DNA of 64,000 nucleotides from an uncultured bacterium (lineage in GTDB: Bacteria; Oederibacteriota; JAAXVQ01; JAUVAV01): positions 1 to 64,000 of the forward strand of contig CAVQBK010000013.1 of NCBI GenBank assembly GCA_963710755.1. The letters are read 5' to 3'. Shown here in pieces: positions 11,282 through 19,709 of this stretch (positions within the stretch are counted from its first letter, which is position 1; each line of letters starts with the position of its first letter). Position numbers and translations under genes: made by a program. The notes under the pieces were generated by a model. That model saw nothing but the letters and a program-made list of their open reading frames with translations. It had not been told where the DNA came from and did not search any database.

Positions 11282-12010
11282 TTATTTTTTCTTTTTTTCC
11301 TCTTTTACAGTATATGCTTTCAACGACTTAATAGCATCTATCAGTTTCTTCGAGGATTTCAATTTCCGTATTTTTCCGTTTTTTTCAAATTCTTCTGGCG
11401 GAATATTTTCAAAAAGCTCACTGTCATTAGAGATTGTATCAATTCTAGCTGACAGGTATCCTACAAGGTCAGCATAGAGTATCCCAATAGTATTAAAATC
11501 AGAATCCGTCATGACAACATTTTCCAATAATGTGTACTTTCTTTTTTTCAATACAGGTTTAAGGACATTCTGGATTTCAGAAGGAAACATATCAGTTCTA
11601 TTGTCGCAGTAAACAGCAATAATATCTTTACCACCAGCTTTTTTTGCCGGAGGCAGTATCTTGTCCACTAATTTTGGCAAATATAAAAGATAATCTTGTT
11701 TATGATCTTGGCTGTCTTTATGAAAATATGCAAATTTAATCCTCGCATTTATTTTAGAAGTATTTAAATCAAGCAATTTCGATGCAATTTCCACACGCTT
11801 CTCAATAGAAATATTTCTACACCCGCTTTTTGCAGAAAATAAATATGACCCCTTAAACTCAACTGCTGTATCCCAGCCAGCATCAGTTAATATTTTATGA
11901 AATCCTGTTTTGAGAGTCTGATAAAAATTGCTGTTTATAACTGCAATTGATAATCCGAAATATTCTTTAAATTTTGTATCACCTGTTTCGTCAATAAATA
12001 GAAGTATCAT
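11282..12010 (-). CDS. DUF3800 family protein (RNase H-like fold)
   Basis: N-terminal LFIDETG, EFK, YCD and C-terminal DS...ILYADLVGY. Likely start MILLF at 12010 (ORF track extends to 12037). Confidence 0.75.
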   Translation of the reverse strand: MILLFIDETGDTKFKEYFGLSIAVINSNFYQTLKTGFHKILTDAGWDTAVEFKGSYLFSAKSGCRNISIEKRVEIASKLLDLNTSKINARIKFAYFHKDSQDHKQDYLLYLPKLVDKILPPAKKAGGKDIIAVYCDNRTDMFPSEIQNVLKPVLKKRKYTLLENVVMTDSDFNTIGILYADLVGYLSARIDTISNDSELFENIPPEEFEKNGKIRKLKSSKKLIDAIKSLKAYTVKEEKKKK

Positions 12011-12222
12011 ATTTTTCCTTATTAAAGTCATTTTCATTTTTATTGAAAATAGTTAATATAATTGACAATTATAGAACTGCATATTTTATTTGGCAAGAAA
12101 CATCTTAGGAATTGATAAGATTAAAATTCGGAGGTATTTATAACCAAATACTCTTAAGCAGTCTGGCCTACTAATATGCCATGCATTGTCCTGAAATCCA
12201 GGTCAAAAACAGTTCGGAAATT

Positions 12223-12240
12223 GTCCAATAGGGGGAGCCA
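12223..12240 (+). other. tRNA-Asn-like 3'-end fragment (putative att site)
   Basis: GTCCAAT-AGGGGGA-G-CCA fits T-stem 3' strand, acceptor strand, G discriminator and CCA. It is followed by the hairpin GATTTTCGC-TCC-GCGAAAATC. Confidence 0.5.
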
Positions 12241-12262
12241 GATTTTCGCTCCGCGAAAATCA

Positions 12263-12374
12263 GAGCAGTCGAGCATTTGAACAGTTGAACAGTAGAAGAG
12301 CATTTGAACAGTTGGACAATAGAACTGTCTCGCTTTGCTCGACTGCGGTCTACTGCTCTACTGCTCCACTGTTC
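12263..12374. repeat. Inverted array of degenerate 8-mer repeats (GARCAGTN facing TACTGCTC)
   Basis: gagcagtc gagcattt gaacagtt gaacagta ... then tcgactgc, tctactgc tctactgc tccactgt tc. Confidence 0.65.
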
Positions 12375-12395
12375 ATGATTTGCGGTTTATTCTAT

Positions 12396-12430
12396 AAAAA
12401 AGCCTGTTCCGCAAGGAATAGGCTTTTTTT
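12396..12430. terminator. Bidirectional intrinsic terminator
   Basis: AAAAAAGCCTGTTCC-GCAA-GGAATAGGCTTTTTTT. Confidence 0.8.
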
Positions 12431-12487
12431 GTTATCTGATTCTTGATGTTAAGGGCTCGAACCAGCGGGAGGGTTGGAGGGGATACC

Positions 12488-12598
12488 CTCCATTTAATCG
12501 GGGGTGACAGTGAGCCTGATCGGTTTCCTCCTCTTCAGGCGAACGCCCTTAGGGGGCTGGCCCCCTAGGGAGAGCGAAGCGATGGGATGCAGTCCAGC
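12488..12598 (+). repeat. ~110-bp structured repeat, copy 1 (copy 2 at 19601-19709)
   Basis: CTCCATTTAATCGGGG...GCGAAGCGATGGGATGCAGTCCAGC, near-identical in both places. Confidence 0.9.
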
Positions 12599-12609
12599 CC
12601 GGGGAGCCA
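12591..12609 (+). other. tRNA-Asn-like 3'-end fragment (putative att site)
   Basis: AGT-CCAGC-CCGGGGA-G-CCA, same layout as bacterial tRNA-Asn ends (E. coli AGTCCAGTCAGAGGAGCCA). No 5' half of a tRNA is present. Confidence 0.7.
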
Positions 12610-12933
12610 AAAAAATCCTGTGCTAACCGAAGCACAGTTTGGTTTACAGAAAGCCCTGGCGGGCTTACCACCGGGGCTTTCGTTTATAAGGGCCAGGAAT
12701 CACGGCCTTTTGCGCTCACCGCTGCACGAGAGCACCGCCCTCCTGGCTCTCGAAGCTCGACCGCAGAGATCACTCTTCGAGGCGCTCGGCACCCTTCTCA
12801 GCCCCGATCGTGCTCTCTGAGGCAGAGAGCGGGGACAGAGCACGGCCCGTTGGTTTACACAACTCGGGCTGGCCGATGGCTGGTTTACACAGAGGTCGGG
12901 CCGGGGGTACGACGATAGACGATCAGGAGGTCG

Positions 12934-13695
12934 ATGATGGCTGAACCAACAGAGCGCATGGAGAAGCTCTTCTTCGAGGTCTTCGAGCCCCTGCCCCGGC
13001 AGGGACCTGGTAGTCGCTCGAGCGCCAAGCGGGCCCTGGAACTCTGCGCCGGTCTGCCAGCCTCGCCAGCGGTCCTGGACCTTGGCTCTGGCGCGGGCGC
13101 GCAGACGTTTCACCTGGCCGAGCTCACGACGGGCACCATCACCGCCATCGACAACCACGCGCCCAACATCGAGCGGCTCCGGGCCGAGGTCACCGAGCGG
13201 GGTCTCGGCGAGCGGATTCGGCCGCTGGTCGGCGACATCGGCAAGCCGGACCACGAGTCCGACAGCTTCGATCTCGTCTGGTCCGAGGGTGCCCTGTACA
13301 ACATCGGCATCGAGGTGGCGTTGCGCCTCTACCACCCGGTCGTCAAGCCCGGTGGTTACTTCGCCTTCACCGAGGCGGTCTGGCGCAAGGAAGACCCTCC
13401 CGAGGAGGTGAAAGCGGCCTTCGAGGACTACGCGGGCATGGGCTCGGCGCGAGACGTACTGGCCAAGATCGAGGCGAGCGACTTCTCCCTCGTGGATCAC
13501 TTCACGCTGCCGTACGAAGACTGGTGGGACGACTTCTACACGCCCATGCAGCGCCGCATTGAGGAGCTGCGCGGCAAGTACGCGGGCGATGTCGAGGCGC
13601 TGGCCGCGCTCGACGAGATCGCCCGCGAGCCCGAGATGCATCAACGCCACTCGGACTACTACGGCTACGAGTTCTTCGTCGTGCGCAAGAATTGA
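12934..13695 (+). CDS. Class I SAM-dependent methyltransferase
   Basis: LPRQGPGS, VLDLGSGAG, FDLVWSEGA, KPGG; AGGAGG RBS; very GC-rich codons. Confidence 0.9.
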   Translation: MMAEPTERMEKLFFEVFEPLPRQGPGSRSSAKRALELCAGLPASPAVLDLGSGAGAQTFHLAELTTGTITAIDNHAPNIERLRAEVTERGLGERIRPLVGDIGKPDHESDSFDLVWSEGALYNIGIEVALRLYHPVVKPGGYFAFTEAVWRKEDPPEEVKAAFEDYAGMGSARDVLAKIEASDFSLVDHFTLPYEDWWDDFYTPMQRRIEELRGKYAGDVEALAALDEIAREPEMHQRHSDYYGYEFFVVRKN

Positions 13696-13719
13696 TCGGC
13701 TTGCGTAGAGTTCACCGAA

Positions 13720-14595
13720 TCACGCTGAACCCACCAAAATGTCCTCGGTCGTTTCCCAAAGCTTCTTGGCGAGCGCTTCATCCTGGGCCAGCTTGCTCGG
13801 CGCCTTCTCTCTGCATTTTTCGAAGTACCTCCCGCTGACTGATTCCAGCTCGGGGGCGGTCGCCACGTAGATCGAGGTCTGTGCCCCAGCCTCGGGTCCG
13901 GGGAGGAACCACTTCATGATGCGGAACATGAGCGCGTTGAACCCGCTGAGGTCACCGTCACCGCCGAACTCTGTGGCGATCACACCTGGATGCAGCGAGT
14001 TGGCAGTGACGCCCATGCCTTTCATGCGGCGGGCCAGCTCGTTCGAGAACAGGATGCCAGCGAGCTTGGCGCGGTTGTATGCCGCGTCCCACTTGAAGCG
14101 CTTGGTGCTCTGCAGAGCTTCGAGGTCGAGCGACTTGACCGAGGCGTGCAATGCAGAGGAGACCGTCACCACCCGCGACGGCGCAGAGGTTTTCAAGAGC
14201 GGCAAGAGCTCCGTGGTCAGCACGAAGGGCGCGAGGTAGTTGACAGCGAAGATCAGCTCGAAGCCATCTGCGGTCTCGATCCTGCGGTCCACGCCGACGC
14301 CCGCGTTGTTGATCAGCACATCGAGCCGGTCGGTGCGCTCCGCAATCGCCGTGGCCAAGCGACGGACCTCGGCAACGCTCGACAGGTCGGCGACGAAGGT
14401 CTCCACACGGTTGTTCCCCGTGGCTGCACGGATGGAATCGGCTGCCGCTTCGAGCTTGGCGCTGTTTCGCCCACAGGCGAGCACCTTCGCGCCCATGCGG
14501 GCCAGCGCCTCAGCGGTTGCGCGACCGATGCCCGCGTTGGCGCCGGTGATGGCGACAACCTTGCCGGTCATGTCGGTTTCTGGTGCCTTCTTCAT
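13720..14595 (-). CDS. Short-chain dehydrogenase/reductase (retinol-dehydrogenase-like)
   Basis: TGANAGIG, NNAG, YNRAK (YxxxK), HPG; GAGGAG RBS. Confidence 0.92.
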   Translation of the reverse strand: MKKAPETDMTGKVVAITGANAGIGRATAEALARMGAKVLACGRNSAKLEAAADSIRAATGNNRVETFVADLSSVAEVRRLATAIAERTDRLDVLINNAGVGVDRRIETADGFELIFAVNYLAPFVLTTELLPLLKTSAPSRVVTVSSALHASVKSLDLEALQSTKRFKWDAAYNRAKLAGILFSNELARRMKGMGVTANSLHPGVIATEFGGDGDLSGFNALMFRIMKWFLPGPEAGAQTSIYVATAPELESVSGRYFEKCREKAPSKLAQDEALAKKLWETTEDILVGSA

Positions 14596-14627
14596 GGGCT
14601 AACTCCTCGTCGTTAGGGGACGTCCTC

Positions 14628-15070
14628 GTCGTTAGGGGACGGGGTCAACTAATTCAACATACGTCCCTCTGCCAATTTCCGCCCTCGCTCTCTCGCCTTG
14701 CTTGCTGCAGATACACTCATGCGGGTCGCGCCAGCCATATATTTCACAGTCTTCCCGAAATATTCCACTCCTGTATAAATCAACACTGCCTTTGCCTTTG
14801 AGACACTATCTGTCCGGCCTTTTTGGTATAAAGCTTCTTCTGCAATATTAAATCTCCGGGCAATTTTGGCTGCTGCTTCTGGCATACTGCCCTGCTTTTT
14901 ATATTGTCTTTTTATTTTTTCATCTTCCTCAACTGCTGCAAGCGTTTTTTCAACAAAATCCCCGCTCCCCAAAATCCTGGCGTCCGCCTGTTGCCGATCC
15001 CCGCCCTTACGGGATTCAGATGGATATAGCGGACCAGCTCCAATAAATAGGTTTCCTCCTCACAGACAAT
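14628..15070 (-). mobile_element. Truncated, internally deleted copy of the RAYT-type HUH transposase element
   Basis: Near-identical to 17839-18540 but lacking ~259 bp between two CCCCGCCCTT 10-mers; 5' part missing. Confidence 0.9.
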
Positions 15071-15386
15071 TACACTGCTCAACCCTCGGCATCAAACAGA
15101 TTTTCACTTCTTGGTCTAACCCAAAAGGCAATTCCGATACCGAAAGAGTCATGCGTACCATCAAAGAAGATCTCGTTTGGCCTTTTGAATGGGATAACCC
15201 TTTTGATTTCCAAATTGCTTTATCCCAATGGATTGATAACTACAACAACGATTTTCCTCATCAATCCTTAAACAACAAAACGCCTAACGAATTCTTTAGT
15301 TGTTTTATTGACAAGCCTGCTCAGCAGGTCCAAAACCACGAGCTGGTATTATCTTAAATTAGCCTTGACTAATGGGGGGCATTACA
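15071..15386 (+). mobile_element. IS3-family transposase C-terminal remnant with right end
   Basis: LGIKQIFTSWSNPKGNSDTERVMRTIKE...YNNDFPHQSLNNKTP (integrase-core end), then ...GGGGGCATTACA terminus. Confidence 0.75.
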
Positions 15387-15587
15387 ATACCGCATGGCAC
15401 ACTTTTTTTAAAAAAGATAACGTAGGCGTCCTACTATCTGCCGCAACACCATATGTACCTATATCGCCAATGGAAACCCTCATATTCCTATTTGTTTTTT
15501 GTAACACTCGTGTAGCAAGTATTTTATCCATCACAGGTGGCCCATAACACCCTCCTAACGAAGGATGATCCGAATTAAATAGAAATG

Positions 15588-16810
15588 TGTAATATGACGG
15601 TATTTACCTGACAGTTTGGCCACAAACTGTCTTTTATAGCAGTGGTCATACCGCCTTTAGCTGGGGTATATTAGGTTTGCCAACACTAATCCTCAGAAAA
15701 GGAGAACCGATATGACCACCAGCACCAAAATAGCACGAAGGAAGCTCTCTTTGCTACAATTAGCTACTGATTTAAACAATGTTTCTAAAGCCTGCAAAAT
15801 CATCGGCTATTCGCGTCAACAATTCTATGAAATCCGCAGAAACTACCAGACTTTTGGATCCCAGGGCCTTCTGGACCGTCTCCCAGGACCAAAGAACCCA
15901 CACCCCAATAGGGTTGCCCCAGAAATCGAGAAAGCTATACTTGATTATTCCCTGGACGAACCCACCCACGGCCCTGTCCGGGTTGCCCAACAACTCGCCC
16001 TAAAAAACATCGTCGTATCTTCTTCTGGCGTTAAAGGGGTCTGGTCTAGGCATAATCTGCTCTCCAAACATGACCGCCTGCTCCGCCTGGAAAAATCAGT
16101 TCATAAACAGGCCTTCAAACTTTCCGATAAACAAATCCGTATGCTCGAACGCTTTGATCCCGAATTCCGCGAGCGCCATATTCATGCTGATTTCCCAGGC
16201 CATTTGGTCGCCGTCGATACCTTTCTCGTGGGCGCCCTTAAAGGTGTGGGCCGGGTTTATCTCCAAGCCGCGCTTGATTGCTATTCCCGCTTTGTTTGGG
16301 GCAGGCTTTACAACTCCAAACTTCCCGTCACCGCTGTTCACGTCCTCAATAATGAAGCCATTCCCTTCTTTGAAAAACACCAGGCTTCAATCCGTACCAT
16401 TCTCTCTGACAACGGACGTGAGTACTGTGGCAGGAACGACAACCATCCCTACGAGATTTTCCTGCAACTCGAAGACATCGAACATCGCACTACCAAGGTC
16501 AGGCGGCCTCAAAGCAATGGCTTTATCGAACGCTTTCACCGCACTGTTCTTGATGAGCATTTCCGTATCCAAGGACGTAAAAAGTTTTATGAATCTATCG
16601 ATCAGATGCAGAAAGACCTTGATGTTTATCTGCATCGCTACAATTATGAACGTACACATCAAGGCCGCAATATGAAGGGTAGAACGCCTTATCAAGTCTT
16701 CAAGGAGGGATTGCCAAAGATTACAAAACCTGCTAAAACATCCAAGCAAGAGGCAGCCTAATAACTGCCCCAGCTACAGGCGGGTGTCAGGTGAATACCG
16801 TTTCTGTACA
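15588..16810 (+). mobile_element. IS481-family insertion sequence
   Basis: Imperfect 26-bp IRs TGTAATATGACGGTATTTACCTGACA / TGTCAGGTGAATACCGTTTCTGTACA flank the transposase. Confidence 0.9.
15712..16761 (+). CDS. IS481-family DDE transposase
   Basis: N-terminal HTH (NVSKACKIIGYSRQQFYE), DTF, SDNGREY, PQSNGFIERFHRT. Confidence 0.93.
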   Translation: MTTSTKIARRKLSLLQLATDLNNVSKACKIIGYSRQQFYEIRRNYQTFGSQGLLDRLPGPKNPHPNRVAPEIEKAILDYSLDEPTHGPVRVAQQLALKNIVVSSSGVKGVWSRHNLLSKHDRLLRLEKSVHKQAFKLSDKQIRMLERFDPEFRERHIHADFPGHLVAVDTFLVGALKGVGRVYLQAALDCYSRFVWGRLYNSKLPVTAVHVLNNEAIPFFEKHQASIRTILSDNGREYCGRNDNHPYEIFLQLEDIEHRTTKVRRPQSNGFIERFHRTVLDEHFRIQGRKKFYESIDQMQKDLDVYLHRYNYERTHQGRNMKGRTPYQVFKEGLPKITKPAKTSKQEAA

Positions 16811-16958
16811 GATTATTACAATTAATTCCAACAATCTAACGCCGCCACCACATCCCTTATCGACTTGGCTTAAACATCCATTTTTTTATCGTTGAACTTT
16901 CTGAATGTGTATAGTATTAATTTAAGTATTTCCGGAAAATGTTTATTTGGAGGAGACC

Positions 16959-17408
16959 ATGAACATCAAGTCCGAAAATTCAATATGGCTTTTTATTATT
17001 TATTTCAGCATTGCGATAATTAACAATATAGTAAATATAATCACAAAAGCAAATGTCGGAAAAATAGATATCCTTGCCATTATTGCTCTTCCCCTATGCA
17101 TAGGATTGATATATGGATTTATCAAACGGTCTCCCAGATGGCGCACTTTTTCTTTTTTATGGTTTTCCATTCAGATTGCTTTGATTAGCATTATGCTTTT
17201 GGCATTTGTATTTAATAATTTTCTCAAAGGCCAAGCCGGCTTTGCAATAACCTCACCTTTGATACATTCTGGCTCAGCCGGGAATTTGGGTCCAGCCCAA
17301 TTCTGGACATTTGTTTGGCTTTTAGTTCTTTGGGGATTGCATATTTATCTAATTATTTTACTGAGAACCCCTAAAATCAAAACATTATTTTTACCAGGTA
17401 AAAATTAA
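16959..17408 (+). CDS. Hypothetical membrane protein (~4 TM)
   Basis: Hydrophobic segments; GGAGGAG RBS before the ATG at 16959. Confidence 0.65.
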   Translation: MNIKSENSIWLFIIYFSIAIINNIVNIITKANVGKIDILAIIALPLCIGLIYGFIKRSPRWRTFSFLWFSIQIALISIMLLAFVFNNFLKGQAGFAITSPLIHSGSAGNLGPAQFWTFVWLLVLWGLHIYLIILLRTPKIKTLFLPGKN

Positions 17409-17455
17409 CCTGCAAAATGAATTTGTCCTGGTAATAGTCAGAGCCATTTGTTCCT

Positions 17456-17479
17456 AACCCCATCGAATTCGATGGGGTT
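17456..17479. repeat. Perfect 24-bp palindrome (terminator or REP-like hairpin)
   Basis: AACCCCATCGAATTCGATGGGGTT. Confidence 0.6.
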
Positions 17480-17559
17480 TATTGTTTCCCCTTCCCTTCC
17501 AAACTTTTTATCTCATAATTCTCGGTAAGGACCCGGAGTTCCGGAAACTCAATACTCAA

Positions 17560-17652
17560 TTATTTTTTAGGCCCCGGCTTCTTCTTCGGCAATTTTTCTC
17601 CCGGCATAGTTTCTAACTTTTTCTTAAACTCCAGCGATCCCAATGGTCCCCC
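17560..17652 (-). pseudogene. C-terminal tail of a different RAYT-type transposase
   Basis: Reads GGPLGSLEFKKKLETMPGEKLPKKKPGPKK*, resembling the GRPLGS...KKPGPK tail of this family. Confidence 0.55.
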
Positions 17653-17838
17653 GATACATTAGTTGGAGAGATCGGTGCCAGCCACTTTTTACCAAAATGT
17701 CAATCAGTAATTATGGGAAATCCGTGTTTTTTTACCTGTCCATTTTGCCAAAATTAATTTTTGTCAAAAATTTGTAAAATGAAATTCCGTCTGCTATATT
17801 TTAATCGCTCGCGCTGCCGGGGAGAGCTATACGCGTTA

Positions 17839-18913
17839 GTCGTTAGGGGACGGGGTCAACTAATTCAACATACGTCCCTCTGCCAATTTCCGCCCTCGCT
17901 CTCTCGCCTTGCTTGCTGCAGATACACTCATGCGGGTCGCGCCAGCCATATATTTCACAGTCTTCCCGAAATATTCCACTCCTGTATAAATCAACACTGC
18001 CTTTGCCTTTGAGACACCATCAGTCCGGCCTTTTTGGTATAAAGCTTCTTCTGCAATATTAAATCTCCGGGCAATTTTGGCTGCTGCTTCTGGCATACTG
18101 CCCTGCTTTTTAAATTGTCTTTTTATTTTTTCATCTTCCTCAACTGCTGCAAGCGTTTTTTCAACAAAATCCCCGCTCCCCAAAATCCTGGCGTACGCCT
18201 GTTGCCGATCCCCGCCCTTCTTCAGGCTTAACACATTTTCCCATCCGCCGGCGCTCCGCAGCAATCCCCCGCCTGTCAAATCCCTGCGTTTTTTCTCTCC
18301 CCAGCTTTCAAAAAGAAATTCTGCATATTTTTTTTGCGCCTGGGAAAGCTTCGGCCCAAATCGTGACAAAATCTCATCGGTTTCCTGCCACACGCGCGAA
18401 ATTTTCCCCATCAGGGCCGAGTGCCCCGTATAGGGATAATCATTCAAATCATCCATACTTTTCACCAACCCCGCCCTTACGGGATTCAGATGGATATAGC
18501 GGACCAGCTCCAATAAATAGGTTTCCTCCTCACAGACAATGGACTTATACCGGTTTTGAAAGAGATACCCACTCCGCTTATGACGGTGATTGAAACCCAC
18601 GGCATATCCGGTCATAAAGCGGCGCATAAAACCGGATAGGCCGCCGCTCCCTGATCGTACCAGTAGATGCAGATGATTGGGCATGAGCGCCCAAGCGAGA
18701 ATTTGATTGGGGGATTTGGAAAGAGCGGAAGGCAGCCTTTCGAGAAAGTCGCGATAATCGCTGCTATTGCGGAAAATAGTCCTGCGCTCAATGCCGCGCG
18801 CAATAACGTGATGAAGCAGACCCGGAGAATCAATTCGAGCTTGTCCAGGCATGCTGAAATCTTATCCCTGTATTGTCAAGAATTAGTTGATTAGATGACT
18901 CCGTCCCCTTTAT
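17839..18913 (-). mobile_element. RAYT-type HUH transposase element with terminal inverted repeats, full copy A
   Basis: Ends GTCGTT-AGGGGACGGGGTCA and TGACTCCGTCCCCT-TTAT (14-bp IR, one mismatch), shared with the copy at 35105-36179. Confidence 0.88.
17860..18852 (-). CDS. REP-associated tyrosine transposase (Y1/HUH) with C-terminal HTH
   Basis: HHVIARG, LMPNHLHLL (HUH), LFQNRYKS, RYIHLNPVRAG. Confidence 0.92.
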   Translation of the reverse strand: MPGQARIDSPGLLHHVIARGIERRTIFRNSSDYRDFLERLPSALSKSPNQILAWALMPNHLHLLVRSGSGGLSGFMRRFMTGYAVGFNHRHKRSGYLFQNRYKSIVCEEETYLLELVRYIHLNPVRAGLVKSMDDLNDYPYTGHSALMGKISRVWQETDEILSRFGPKLSQAQKKYAEFLFESWGEKKRRDLTGGGLLRSAGGWENVLSLKKGGDRQQAYARILGSGDFVEKTLAAVEEDEKIKRQFKKQGSMPEAAAKIARRFNIAEEALYQKGRTDGVSKAKAVLIYTGVEYFGKTVKYMAGATRMSVSAASKARERGRKLAEGRMLN

Positions 18914-18918
18914 TATGC

Positions 18919-19005
18919 CAAAACCTGCTAAAACATCCAAGCAAGAGGCAGCCTAACAACTGCCCCAGCTACAGGCGGGTGTCAGGTGAATACCGTCTCT
19001 GTACA
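18919..19005 (+). mobile_element. Isolated right end of a second IS481 copy
   Basis: Matches 16724-16810 with few mismatches, including the right IR. Confidence 0.85.
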
Positions 19006-19010
19006 CATAT

Positions 19011-19430
19011 TCAATACATATGTTCCCCGTTTTTTTTATCTCTCTTACTCTTACCCATTATTATTTCCACTCCTCCAATCCCTAAAACCAACACGACAAT
19101 AGACCATAGTATTATAAATCCCCTTAGTGGGATATCAAACGGATGAACAAGCAGCCATATCACTAGTGTTATTGCACCTGCGAGGTTAATAGCAATAGCA
19201 CCTTCAACACCTAGCCCACTTATATTTTTACTTTTGTTAAAGCATTCCAGCAATAGCGCAATCCCGATACCAAAAAGCACTGCACCTAAAATACTTGGAT
19301 AAAAAGCGGTGTTTACGTGTGGCACTCCCAATACTGTATCCATACCCAGGGGAAACAAAAGCAGCAATATGCCCAACAGCAAGTTGATGATGCCGTCTAT
19401 TACTAAAAGTGTGCTTCGAGTTCTATTCAT
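19011..19430 (-). CDS. Hypothetical membrane protein (4 TM)
   Basis: Four hydrophobic helices; AAGGA RBS. Confidence 0.75.
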   Translation of the reverse strand: MNRTRSTLLVIDGIINLLLGILLLLFPLGMDTVLGVPHVNTAFYPSILGAVLFGIGIALLLECFNKSKNISGLGVEGAIAINLAGAITLVIWLLVHPFDIPLRGFIILWSIVVLVLGIGGVEIIMGKSKRDKKNGEHMY

Positions 19431-19600
19431 TTTATCCTTCCCAAGTTTTTTCTAACCATATTTTAAATAACGATATTCATTAAACCTGCAACGATTATTG
19501 TTGTTGAAAGCATGATTAAACTCGACTTTAACATACCTACAATACCTAGTTCCTTAATGAGCACAGCAAATGTTGCAGTACATGGAATATACATGGTCAA

Positions 19601-19709
19601 CTCCATTTAATCGGGGTGACAGTGAGCCTGATCGGTTTCCTCCTCTTCAGGCGAACGCCCTTAGGGGGCTGGCCCCTAGGGAGAACGAAGCGATGGGACG
19701 CAGTCCAGC
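19601..19709 (+). repeat. ~110-bp structured repeat, copy 2
   Basis: Near-identical to 12488-12598; ends at AGTCCAGC without the acceptor/CCA part. Confidence 0.9.

Noticed and set aside
12263-12374. Possible CRISPR array
   Set aside because: Units are 8-17 nt with no unique spacers and they reverse orientation; no cas genes in the window.
12530-12609. Intact tRNA gene
   Set aside because: Only the T-stem 3' strand, acceptor strand and CCA are present; no GTTCGA loop in sense orientation, anticodon arm or 5' acceptor strand.
12700-13650. 316-aa minus-strand ORF
   Set aside because: Antisense shadow of the GC-rich methyltransferase; no recognisable motifs.
14866-15357. 163-aa plus-strand ORF as a real chimeric gene
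   Set aside because: It is antisense RAYT sequence fused by chance to an IS3 transposase tail; no RBS or coherent N-terminus.
15582-16816. Target-site duplication around IS481
   Set aside because: Left flank (..GAAATG) and right flank (GATTAT..) do not match.
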